Shown: positions 1-11,320 of the stretch, one piece after another
Numbering within the stretch: the first letter of the stretch is position 1
Layout: each line of letters opens with the position of its first letter
From: Camelus ferus
Lineage: Eukaryota
Length of the DNA: 64,000 bases
Direction: 5' to 3'
NCBI RefSeq assembly: GCF_009834535.1
Contig: NC_045697.1
Span: forward strand, 93,126,001-93,190,000
The notes under the pieces: model-generated
The model's input: the letters and a program-made list of their open reading frames with translations, nothing else
Database searches by the model: none
What the model was told of the DNA's origin: nothing
Made by a program: the position numbers and the translations under genes

Positions 1-260
1 GTTATTGGGGAGAACCTTAGAGATTCAAAGGAAAGTGCTCTCAGAGGGAGGAGTGTTCTTAAAAACTATGAATCATTTTTATAGTAATTGTAAGATCATT
101 CATGAAGTTACTGGCTTTATTCACATTATGATAAGCCAATTAAGCATTGTTTAGGGATCATAGTATGTAAATTAAAATTGTACTCAACAGTGTTCTATGT
201 CAGATGTCACTTATTGTAGTTCATTATATTCTAAATTTTGAAAAAAAATATAGTTGGCCT

Positions 261-625
261 TGTAAAAATAAGCAGCAACCTCAATGAAAATAGAGTTGGG
301 AGGCCAGAAAGGAGAGTTCTTAGGCCCTATGACGGTAGCAGAGCCCAGCAGGAGGAAGAAAGACTTCTTGCCCAGCCAGAGCTCAGACAATGCGATGGTC
401 ACAACTAGGCCAGTGAAAAACCGCTATATTTGAACCCTCAATTCTTCCAGCAGACTTTCTGTGTGCTAGGTCCCTTCCATCTTTCTCTTCCTCTCTTCGA
501 AAGAGTTCTCTGCTTGCACATGGTTCACCATGGTTGCAGACCCCAAATAGCAACTCTCTGCTAATCCCTAATAAACCCATTCTGGCTAGAAAAATAACTG
601 GCAGTCTTTTTGTGTAAGGTCAACA
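261..625 (+). repeat. 5' LTR of the provirus
   Basis: Starts TGTAAAAATA and ends GGTCAACA. AATAAA at 570-575. Aligns by eye with 6459-6824 (shared gaggccagaa, tagcagagccca, cttgcacatgg, tgcagaccc, aaataact). Confidence 0.93.
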
Positions 626-645
626 TTTTGCGATCTGGAGAAGAC
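626..645 (+). promoter_or_regulatory. Degenerate primer-binding site region (tRNA type not assignable)
   Basis: Lies directly after the 5' LTR. The sequence ttttgcgatctggag resembles a decayed TTTGGCGA-type PBS. Confidence 0.4.
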
Positions 646-1051
646 CCCTGACAACTCTGAGGCTGGTGAGCAAACAGGTATGAACCCACATTGAGCCCAC
701 TACTGCTCACAGCTTTTCCTGCTGACCCTGGCATTTGAGAGAAAGTCTTTCTCTGGATCAGAACCCCCCACCTCTTTGCGTTTCAAAGCTCCCCAGGTTA
801 TATTCGGGTCTGTTTTAAGGCTCTGCCCTTTCTTTTTCTGTATGTGAGTCCTTGGTTGGCCCTTCAGTCGGTACTGTTCCAACTGAAAGTGTCTAGACTT
901 CAGCCTGGTTTCTTTTGGAACAGGGGCTGTTCAAGCATCAGCCTGACTCCATGGAAACTAGGTTGTTCCATTAGAGCTGTGCTGGGCAGCCTTTGGCTTG
1001 GCTGCTTTGGACTAGACCGTTCCCTCAGAACTGGCTGGTAATGGGCCTGCA

Positions 1052-1114
1052 GGCTGTTTGAGCTGTCTAAGCTGTTTGAACTGTTTAAGCTGCCTGAGCT
1101 ATTCAGACTGTTTG
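1052..1114 (+). repeat. Imperfect 9-bp tandem repeat (gctgtttga-like, ~7 copies) in the ERV leader
   Basis: ggctgtttgagctgtctaagctgtttgaactgtttaagctgcctgagctattcagactgtttga. Confidence 0.8.
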
Positions 1115-1163
1115 AAAATCATTCTTTTACTCTAGGAAAAAAAAAAAAAAAAGACTCTGAGAA

Positions 1164-2590
1164 ATGGGATCCCGGTTATGTAAATATTTGACACCCCCAC
1201 CCCGCAACTCTGACACACAGGAACCCCAGCCAATTTTATGGTTTAAAACCACAGTTCTTCCTCATGTTCCTTTCTAACTAAATGGACGAATCGACCCAAA
1301 GGCAATTTAGAACAACAATGGTCATTATGGGAACTTCTGAATTCCCTAAACTAAGTTTTCTTAAAACCTGATTGGACAGCCGATAGCTTAAAATTTTCCA
1401 GAACTGAGTAAAATGCTATTTTGATTAGTATTTTGAGGCTTTCAAATATTACCAGGACCCTAACACTACCTCTCTGCCAAATATGGTTTTAAGATGGACG
1501 GAGGCAAACAAATGATTAAAGACAGAGAAGATGGATACCATGGCCTCGTGCTCCCCATGCTCCTCATGCTCCTCGTGCTCCTCATGCTCCTCGTGCTCAG
1601 GCCCTGGCTCTGGCAGCACCCTCCTCCTCCATTCTACACCAGCTATAACTCCTCCAGACTCTCAAGTTTCCCATACTAATTATCTAGCTAAATTTCCCTA
1701 TTTCCCTGAAATTCTCCCCAATCCTCCCCCCCCCCTTTTTTTTTCCTGGACTTGTCAGAATCTGTCCCTTCAAAATTAAGCTTTCTGAGGATCCAGAGGC
1801 TTAACTCTTTAATTCTTATATTTCCTGGACTAGAACTGAATGGCAACCCACAGTCAAAGGTTTTCCCAATGTAACCAAAGACCTTCAGAGATTTTTATGA
1901 GGAATTTAGTAATAGTCATTTAGACTTATCAACCTTATTTCTCTGATTTGGATCGTCTAGGTCATATGGTTGTCAGTGAAGGCCAGGCCCAACCTGGACG
2001 AAAAGAGATAACTGAGAAAATTCTCAAAGGTTTCCAGAATTACAACCAGACCATTCTACTAACTTCCCATGTAATCAGGCTTGGGCAATCCCTAGGCAAC
2101 TTCATTTAGCAACTCTTAGGGCTTTTCCAAAGCTTGTTATTTGGAACACACTTCACGCTTGCACACGAAAACTTAATGAACCTGTTCATAACTATTAAAA
2201 TTGACCTCAGATTATTTTCAAGGAAAATTCTGGTCTTCATTCAGATGTTGATTCTACCTCGGTAGCTTCTAACTCTATGCTTATTAATGGGCCTTTCTTT
2301 TCTATAAAAAAGGCCAGGATAGAATAAGAAACTGTATCTACTCCATATTTAATTAATTCTGCAAACCTCTAATTCTGATGAACCACCTCAAAGGAAGAAC
2401 ACCAAAATTCTTAATCCAGCTCCAGTAAATGAAGGCCCCTAATGGAAACCAAAACCCTTCTTGTTTCTGCTATTATTGCAAAGAGCCAGGACATCAGAAA
2501 AGACACTGTTTACAAAGTCAAGTCCTTTAGGTACATTTAGTTGTCTAATCAGCCTTTCCAATGTCCTCCCAGTTCTCAGTGATGAGGCTC
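1164..2590 (+). pseudogene. gag: gag remnant
   Basis: ATG GGA (Met-Gly myristoylation-type start) at 1164. Proline-rich p12-like stretch at ~1540-1740. Intact CX2CX4HX4C knuckle CYYCKEPGHQKRHC at 2468-2509. The 3' boundary is approximate. Confidence 0.85.
1543..1598 (+). repeat. 9-bp tandem repeat (tgctcctcR, ~6 copies) inside gag
   Basis: gcctcgtgctccccatgctcctcatgctcctcgtgctcctcatgctcctcgtgctc. Confidence 0.9.
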
Positions 2591-2599
2591 TGGGGAACT

Positions 2600-2950
2600 A
2601 CAGAATCTCTACCCAATCTTCCCTCTGTATCATCTTGGAGAAACTTTTACAGATGAATCTTTTCTAGTCTTAATTGATACTTTCAGTGTGCAACCTTGCT
2701 ACAATGAAGCAGCCACCCTTTAAGCACTGCGTTGGGTACTTAAACAGTTCAAATAGTGGGGATCACTAACTTCAAAATGTTTCTGTCTCTGAGCATATTT
2801 CCTTTTGTTTAGGCCTTCTGAGAGCTAAACACCTTATTCTCCTTACTTCCTTGGCCCCTAACCATTTTTTAGGTTAAGACTTCTCAGAGAAGTATTATAC
2901 CAAAATTTCTTTCTTCCAAAAGGGGGAAACCATTCTAGAATTTGACATAG
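2600..2950 (+). pseudogene. pro: Retroviral aspartic protease remnant
   Basis: FLVLIDT (DTG-type active site, truncated) at ~2661-2681. FLG*DF.. (LLGRD-like) motif at ~2865-2890. Confidence 0.7.
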
Positions 2951-3049
2951 CTGTAAAAGCAGCCAGCCAGATGATTTAAATAACTCTGATATCTTTTATT
3001 TGTCAGTCTCTGAGGATACTGGTCCTAAAGTTGATTCTGAAAACACTGA

Positions 3050-3411
3050 TCATTTGTCCCTGTTGAATCAGCTACCACCTTCTTTTGGGCGAAATCTCCA
3101 ACTGATAATGGTAAAATTCACAGCACACCTCTCATCAAGATTCTAATACATTCCTCAAAATCTCTTTTTCGGAATTAATCAATACCTTATAAGTAAAGAA
3201 GCCCTTCAAAGTGTAAAACCAATAGTAGAAGATTACAAGGCTTAAGGTCTCATTAGCATTTGTACTTGTCCCTGTAACTCTCTCATTTTACCTGTGAGAA
3301 GATCTAACAGCCAAGAGTGGAGGTTTGTCCACCTTGTTGCTCCTAACCCCCATACATTACTAACATTCATTTCCACCAGAAGTAAATTCTCTACTGTAAT
3401 TGACTTATGCA

Positions 3412-3450
<39 letters not shown>

Positions 3451-6120
3451 TATTCCGATTGGTAAAGATTGCCAATACCTTTCGCCTTCACTCGGGAATA
3501 AAACAATTCACCTGGACACAAAACCTCAGTCTTACTTCTCACAAATTCTAAATGCTGACTTGGATGACACAAAGTTTCCTCTGTTGAAACATGTGGATGA
3601 TTTGCTTCCTTGTTCTCCTTCTCAAGTCTCCTCACTGGAAGACAACATGCACTTGCTAAAGCTTTTAACCTTAAACATAAGATCACCAAAGAAAAATTGC
3701 AGTCTGTCCAAACCCACATTCAGTATTTATGGCATCTGATATAAAAAAAAAAATTATACCTAGATCCAAATAGACTTCATGGAGTCCTCAGTTTCCCAAA
3801 ATCCAAAACTAGAGACAGCAGTAGGGTTTTCTTGGGCTAGTTGGTCACTGCTTAAATTGGATTTCAAATTTCTCCCTTGTGGCCAAACCTCTATATTTTA
3901 CTCAATAATAACAACACTGACTCAATTTCATCAGAAGAACAGGATGATACAGTCTTCAAAGCTTAAAGGAGAGTTGATGAATCCACCTGCCTTGGGTATC
4001 CTAATGATCAGATTCCCTTTTTCCTTTTCATATATGAAAAGAAAGGGAATGCCCTGAGGATACTCACCACAAAATACAGGGGCCACCATCACCCATAGAG
4101 TGTTATTGCCAGAAACTGGACCCTGGGATGCCTATTCCTTGAAAGCCATTACTGAGACTACCCATTGATTAAGGCTACTAAGAAATTGTGGAATCACTTT
4201 AACCATGTTTTATATCTCGCGCTGTGAAAGCCCTCTTGAATTCTCACTACACTCAATGTTTCTCAGTCAGCCATCTCACCTCCTGTGAAGTCCTTTAGGT
4301 CACTGCCCCTCATGACTCTAATGCTGCAATAACCTTAAACCTGTTTCTCCTCTCCCCTTTATCTTTGACAAAGTTTTTCATGCTGCTAACACTGACAGGT
4401 GATCTTCTGACTCTCAGCAATAATCTGCAGAAAATTCTTTAGGGTAACACTGACTTCTCATGGTTCACTGACGGTTCTTATTCAAAAGATGGCAAAGGCA
4501 AATAATATGCTGGGTTTGCTACTGCAACTCTTTTTGAAGTTGTTGAGACAGGATCTTTAGCCATGGTTACTTCAACCCAACAGGCTGAACATATGCTCTT
4601 ACATGGCTTGTACTTTAGCCAAGAACAAAACTGCCAATATTTATACTGATGGTATATATGCTTTTTAAGTAGCTCATGAGTTTGGAGTGTTGTGGAGTAA
4701 CATGGCTTTCTTATTTCTAGCAGAAAACAAATAAAAATTTTTAAATTGTCCCATGTTCAGGGATTACTGGATGCAATAAAATAAATAATAAAGCTGCTGC
4801 TTTAGTTATTATTAAGATTCCAAGGAATCCTAAACTTGACATTGTGACAGCTAAGGGAAGGTATTGACATTTCCATGAGAAATGCTGCCCTTAAAGAAAA
4901 CAACAGGAGCCAAACCTTGGTCATAGTCTAAACAAATATTTCCTCAAATGATAACTTAAAAAAAAATGACTACAGAAGCCCGACAATTGGAAAAACAAGA
5001 TTGGAAATTCAACAATTGTTGTATCAAAAAAAGAGAAAGCTCTGTTTCAGACAAAATAACAGCACTGTCCTACCAGAGACCCTAAAATCCCCACTCCTCA
5101 CCACTGTACATGCATTAACATGGATCTGCTGACAACATGATAGCATTCATGAGTCACTAGTGGTGGGGAGACATTAAAAAGGCCACAAAAGTACCTACTT
5201 CACTTTCCCATTTCTCCAAAATACAGCCCAGAGAAGTCTGTTTGTACTACTTCTGGACATTTTAAACTGCATAATGGACTATTTGAGGTCTGGCAATTGG
5301 ATTTCATACAACTTCTTTCATCTCGTGGATATAGATATGTTTTAGTTATGGTCTGTATGTTTTCACACTAGACTGAATCCTTTTTTATAGACAGGAGACT
5401 ATCTCTTCTGTGGCTAAAGCTCTTTCAGAAAAGATTATCCTGACATGAGGAACTCCAATCAAACTTCATAGTGATAGAGGAACCCATTTTAATTGTTCAG
5501 CTACTTCAATAAGTCTGTACTGTTGGACCAGTTTTACAACACTTTCATTGCACTTCCCACCCGCAATCCTCTGGTTTAGTGGAAGACATTAGTGGATTAT
5601 TAAGGCTCAACTGACAAAACTTGTGGAGGCTCTCCTAATATCTTAGCCAGAAGCATTGTCATTGGTCGTTCTAAATCTCAAATCCACCCCTTTTGGAACT
5701 CATAAACTCTCACCCTTTGAGACAGTCACAGGATACCCACTGCACTTGGTTCCTGCTTCTTTTGACCCACACATGATAGAGATACTCCAATATTACACAG
5801 GCCTACTTTTCAGCTATTAAAAATAACCATGTTTCAGTAGAGCAATCCTTTCACAGTGCATTCTGATGGAGAGCTTAAACATCATACCTTGCGACCTGAA
5901 GATTTTGTCAATTGGAAAAAAAAATACCTCTAGAAAGATTCTGTTCAACTTCACTGGAAAGACCTCAATCAGGTACTGCTAACCAACCCTTGTGCCACCA
6001 AACTTCACAGAAAGAACTCTTAGATCCACGTGACACACTTAAACAAAACACCAAACCCTGACTGAAACTGCATATCATCTGGTGACCTGAAAGTATAGAT
6101 TTTCTAGAATTCAAGCAGAT
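3050..6120 (+). pseudogene. pol: pol remnant (RT, RNase H, integrase)
   Basis: RT: PCNSLILPVRR..WRFV, PNPHTLL, FSTVIDLCSAFF, HVDDLL (YVDD equivalent) at 3590-3607. RNase H: WFTDGSY at ~4461, NIYTD at ~4636. Integrase: WQLDFIQL at ~5291, LHSDRGTHF at ~5464, HPQSSGLVE at ~5558, C-terminal QVLLT..IHVTHL at ~5970-6040. Confidence 0.95.
3417..3448 (+). repeat. Poly-T run (32 nt) inside the RT remnant
   Basis: Direct count of the run. Confidence 0.95.
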
Positions 6121-6446
6121 GACATCTGATGAGATAGCCTTTCCAAGAAATCTGGACCAGGCTTGTTGGAAGTTTGTCTGCCAAATCCTTTGAGGATGAC
6201 ATACCCTTTAGATTGGCTCCAATGTCTGTGTTCTTGATAATCTATGGACATTAGGTAAAACATGTCTGAGAATTTTCCCTCCTACCTCTCCTTGTTACTC
6301 AAGTGTGACCTTAATTGGTTTCCAGTATGTGAACTTTCCCTCTGATGTGGGACATAACAACAAGGAAAAGTCCTTCCTGGCATTAAGGAACAGAGAGCCA
6401 TTGAAATCTGAAAAGCTGACCATTGATCAATGATTCTTTTTTGATC

Positions 6447-6458
6447 AAAAGGGAGAAA
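6447..6458 (+). promoter_or_regulatory. Polypurine tract
   Basis: aaaagggagaaa immediately precedes the TG start of the 3' LTR. Confidence 0.85.
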
Positions 6459-6824
6459 TGTAAAAAAATAATAAACATAATCTTTAATTTAAATTGAGTT
6501 AGGAGGCCAGAAGGGGGAGTTTTTAGTCCTTATGGCAATAGCAGAGCCCAACAGGAAAAGACTTCCCCTTTTTGCCTTTCAATAACTCAGCCAATGAAAA
6601 AACCACTATTTTTCAAATTCTCAATTCCTCTGATGCACACTCTTTTATCTACCATAGCTCTCTAAACTTCATTTTCCCCTGATTAAAAGTTCCCTTCTCC
6701 TTGCTGTGTGGGGACTTGCACATGGCTTGCCATGGATGCAGACCCTAAGTTGCAATTCTCTGATGATTTTGAATAAAGCCATTTTTGCTGAAGAAATAAC
6801 TAGTCTATTTGTTTAAAGTCAACT
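6459..6824 (+). repeat. 3' LTR of the provirus
   Basis: Starts TGTAAAAAAATA and ends AGTCAACT (terminal CA mutated). AATAAA at 6772-6777. CCAAT at ~6591. Confidence 0.93.
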
Positions 6825-7446
6825 GCCTAAAATATAATATATCTTCTAAAATTTCCAAACATATTCTCAAAATAGTGAAATAATGAAGGGGCATGAATAA
6901 CATATGATTTTAGAAGATGTTGTATTTGAAAGCTACCTATCTACTAAATTTGTACAACTATAATTATTGCTAAATAAGAGAATTTACTAAAATTCAGCAT
7001 GTGAATTCTGAAGTTTTAGGCACAACAAACCTGAAAGTTTGAATCTCAGTTTGTCATGGTGATATCCGTGAATATAATTAGTCCTAATGAACCGAATAGT
7101 TCCAAAAGATACTAAAAGAACTATGCCACTTTAATCACTGTTCAACAGTTACTACCCTAGGATTTGTTATGTTTTGTAATGACAACTGGCCATTTAGTAA
7201 CAAAACCAGGCATTGAACGGCTATTCATTATTATACTGGCAGAAAAATAAGTCAGTGTGTGTCACCAAACAGCTTGGCCATTCACATTTATCTTCATGTT
7301 CTAAGTTAAACGTGATTCCATCAACAAATATATTATTAAGTTGCCATATAATCATGGCAAGTTTGAGGAAAGAGTTAGAGAAAATTAAGCTGGTAAGATT
7401 CTGTTTCTAAGCCCATATACGAAAGCCCATGGATATTGATCAAGAA

Positions 7447-7850
7447 TGTCTTAAAGTTCCCCTCAGCTTGACTAAACTTTAGAAAGGCTTCTCTTCCTCA
7501 TTTTTTGCTCATGACTTGCCTTTTTTTTTTTTTTTTTAAAGAACACTTGCTTCAAAAAAACTCTGATTCTTTGAGATGTAAATCTTTTAAAAGCCTTTTG
7601 CAAGTTTTTACGACACAAATATCTTTCTGAAGGACCCTCGAACCCGGGAACTGTGTCATTGTAGTGTCATCACCAAGAAAGATAATGCCCCATCTCTCTC
7701 CATCTCTGTGGGAGGGTAGGAGCCTAAGTTTGGAGTGTGCTATCCTCCAAGTTGTAAACTGCTTCCTGTCATGAGATACACAAAAATTAATGTTTCCTTT
7801 AGGTAAAGTCAATTAGCATACACAGATCCTCCTCACTCAGCTCTTAAACA
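7447..7850 (+). mobile_element. Solo ERV1 LTR fragment, MER67-like
   Basis: cctcagcttgactaaactttag, ctttgagatgtaaatcttttaaaagcc and tctctgtgggagggtaggagcctaa match the recalled MER67-group consensus. Confidence 0.7.
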
Positions 7851-10138
7851 CTTGTATCTTGAGAATTGCTAAGTAAATAAAACAATAAATATATCAGAGT
7901 CCAAGGAATTAAATATATTTGTTAAATAGCCAAAATAGCTTTTATTTGTAAGTCACAAATTGCTTTTAAGATATTTTTCATCTATCAGAAAGTCCTAAGG
8001 TATAGTAAAAATATGATACTATATATCGAAGGGTGCTCCACCCCATAATCCATTGACAATTTAGAATTGTATTTCTAACAAAAACAATTATAGCATTTCT
8101 CTCCAAAAGAATGAACAAATTGGTTTTGCAAGCAATTTTTTTTCTTCCCTTCTCAGTCTATTACAGTTCAGCTTTTCATACACAGTCTTGTCTCAGCACA
8201 AATAAGTAAATATTGCAGGTATAAACCAGTTGTGATACACATATAAATAAATACTAACTATAAATCTATTATATGAAGATGTGAACATTTTTAGAAAGGT
8301 ATTTAACTTTAGAAATTATTTAATCAATACTTTCAGTACTACACATGAGCAGTGTAAGTAATGTAACAAAGGTCAAAATCGCTGATTAATAGCCGACTTA
8401 GAATTCCAGTCTAGAGTCTAGTTTATAGTACAGTTCTGTTTTCATTTTTATATGCTTGATATAGTATTTTATAAATTTTAACAGACTTTTTTTGAAATGG
8501 ATATATTTTATATAGTAGTATTTAATTTATATATGTAGAGTTAAATGAAAGTAGCCAACACTGCTAAGGTCAGAAATTTCTTCATAGGACAAGAATAAGG
8601 TAGAGTGAGTGAATATTGTTATCTTTATTGTGGAAGGTGTTTGGCATACAGGTTAACAATCTTATGTTATTTGCTTCTGTTATTTAATTTCAAATAATTT
8701 ACCTAATTTCAGGAACAGTAAGGAACATCTTAAGACTTTGAAGCTGACTCCAAAGAATATAATCAAAATTAAATTAGACATAAATATGCATATATGGGTA
8801 TGTATGTATGTATATGTTTGTGTGTACATGCATGTATGTATAATATTTCAGAATTTATACTATACAGATATACATGTATATATGTTTATACATATGTGTG
8901 AGTATACAGTATTTTCAAATTTATATTATATAGCATATATGTAGTTGTAATATATTTCATTCAATTAGGTTGTTAAGTGGCTCTATGTATCTCTTTATAA
9001 CTATTATCTGTCTATCTCTACTTGTATACCTGTCTCCCTATCCACTTATTAATCTGTACATCTGTGCAGCTGTCATTTGTCCATCTGTACACCTTTCTGT
9101 CTCCTCTCTCAATTCACTATTTTTGCACTGAGAAATGTAAACAATAATTATTGTAATTTCCAAAGGAGTCACTGAATGGTACATGGCATAATCATCAGAT
9201 AGTGCTTGAGAGTGGAGCTCAGATTTATGACTGAAAAAACTTTCAAGGAGAGCTATGAGTCAATTTAATGAAGAGTAGGAAGATTATTATTTATGACTGT
9301 ACAGACCTTAGAGGAAAAGACATAGAGGCAGAACTAAGGCAGAATACTTATTATATGGTTTATTTGAAAGTTATGTTTTTACTAAGATTATAGTAGTTAG
9401 ATAAAGCTCAAATAGCAGGTAAGAAGCCAATTTAGGAGATTGAAAAATATATTCTAATTAATGTCTCAATGAAAGCAAGCTTATTTTTATGTGCTAAAAT
9501 ATTATGGAAGAAATATGAATACAACCTGAATAGTTAGTTGTAGAAAACAAAAACTTGTAAGTATTAACGAAATCTCTCATTATACCATGGTGACTGAGTA
9601 TAGGTGACATTTTCTATTTTCCAAAATAAATTTTAAATTAATATCTTTATGGGTTTCATCTTATTCCATTACAGCAACTTAGTATCTCCCTGATTTTCCA
9701 TATCTACAATTTGATGAGGTTAATTGGGCACCAATACCCTAAGAGAGTTTATATACAATATACAGCTATTTGAATTTTATGCCTGGTTTTAATATATAGT
9801 TCATAATTATACCAAATGATGAAAACAGTGAAATATTTTCCTTTTAGAAAGCATGCATAACTTGATATCTAAATACAGTCATCATGATTTTTTGAACATG
9901 TTGCATGTTTTAAAGTAGAGGTAAAAATCATTTTGAATTCCATGAAAAATCCACTTCATTTTATGAAATGTGTGAACACCTGTTACTGCATGTGTGCTGA
10001 CTATCTCCTGTAAGTTTTATAATTATAGAAAAGTTAAGATACTGATATATTATGAACCTGTAAACTGGGTAACTTACCCTCAAGACAAATTCAGTGACTG
10101 TTTCATTTTCAGGGTCTTACCAGTGACACTGCTTATTA

Positions 10139-10260
10139 CAGGGGTCAGCAAACTTTTTCTTTAAGGAGCCAGATGATAAATATTGTCTAATTTGTGGGCG
10201 ACACATGTGGTGTCTATTGCAAATGCACAACCTTACTGCTGCAGTGAGAAAGCTACCGTA
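10139..10260 (+). mobile_element. hAT-Charlie MITE, MER58-like, one half only
   Basis: The terminus caggggtcagcaaactttttct..ccagat..taaatatt is typical of MER58. The element stops abruptly at ~10260. Confidence 0.8.
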
Positions 10261-11224
10261 CTCCCAAGGGAAGAGGTTGATGATGGCAGAAGCACAAACA
10301 GTGAGGAGACTCTAGAGAATACAGAACTCAAGAGGGCAACTCAGTGAGGGCTGCCCCTTGTCGCTTCGAGATTATCCTTCCAGTGTCCCTATCTGTGAAC
10401 TTTCTTGACTTAGTAAGGGGAATTCTTGTATTTATGGTGCTCCTTACCCTTAGTTGTTTTAACTTACAATATACTGAACCTACCTTCACCATTGTAGTAA
10501 GTGAGCTATTTATAATAGTGACCACCTTTTTGGTCGTGATCAAAAAACACCCCTGACTTGCACTTGCAATTTCCCTACTTGCTGCTCTCCCAATCCGTGT
10601 TACAACTAATATCAACTTAAGTGGATAAATCCATTTTCTGTCTGGCAGTCTTCACTTCTTTCTCTAAGATTAAAAATAAATATTTACTAGAGAAAAAATT
10701 AAAATTCAAACCTCCTTTTATGAACATTGAATTTGATATCATTCTTTCGTACATACAATATAATATAATATGTGAAAGCAAGATCCTCTTTATTTCCTAC
10801 CATTGCTCTCAGAAAAGTGAGGCAGAATTAGCTACCTCCAAAGAATTAAAGACAGTCATCACTTAAAAAAATTATTCAGTGCCTCCTTGTTTCTCTATAT
10901 ATAGAGTCTGATTACAGTTAATTGAACACTACACAAAGGCAGTTAGATAAAATATTCAACTAATTGATTATAAATCTAATTCCAAATATTCTGGTCTGTG
11001 GAAGATACAGAGAGAGATTGAGGCTCACATACCCAGGGGGAGAACTGTATGGTTAAGTCTGGCAAAGAAGTTCCCTTTTTTCTAGCACTCCAAGTGCAGT
11101 CCCAGTAATTAAACAACCTTAGTCAAATGTGAAGTGAGAGGAATAACCATGATACCTATTCCTGTTCTTCTCATAGTATTTTGTATAGTCATCTTTTAGC
11201 TCATCTGTTACCTCACAAATATAC

Positions 11225-11320
11225 TGCAGTTCCAAAGGGATATGAAATACTTTATATTTATCTGCATATTCCCAGCACTAGCTCAATGCTTGGCACATAT
11301 AACATATTAAAACATGTGAA
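11225..11320 (+). mobile_element. L2 3' end fragment
   Basis: tatttatctgcatattcccagcactagctcaatgcttggcacatataac resembles the L2 tail. Confidence 0.6.

Larger units (their letters stand above)
261..6824 (+). mobile_element. Decayed full-length class I endogenous retrovirus (ERV1, gammaretrovirus-like): LTR-gag-pro-pol-LTR, no env
   Basis: Paired LTRs at 261-625 and 6459-6824. GCCT lies immediately left (257-260) and right (6825-6828), a 4-bp TSD. Gag, PR, RT, RNase H and IN motifs occur in the expected order, and a PPT precedes the 3' LTR. Many stops and frameshifts. Confidence 0.96.

Noticed and set aside
626..650. Assigning a specific tRNA primer to the provirus
   Set aside because: The PBS is too degenerate to match by eye.
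1531..1779. Cys/Ser-rich ORF resembling a metallothionein or keratin-associated protein (SCSSCSSC)
   Set aside because: It is a translation of the 9-bp tandem repeat inside decayed gag. The Leu/Met-rich ORF at 1494-1679 is the same repeat in another frame.
6045..6446. env remnant
   Set aside because: Too short, and no furin site, immunosuppressive domain or CX6CC motif is visible.
8770..8945. ORFs rich in Y/V/C/M/H/I here and at 51596-51863, 57428-57677 and 62768-62986
   Set aside because: They are translations of TA/TG/CA low-complexity repeats.
10328..10615. Bornavirus-like endogenous element, suggested by short words such as LTKSR and SCNTD
   Set aside because: Only 5-residue resemblances from memory, in different frames and with wrong spacing, and no poly-A or TSD. 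Not supportable without a search.
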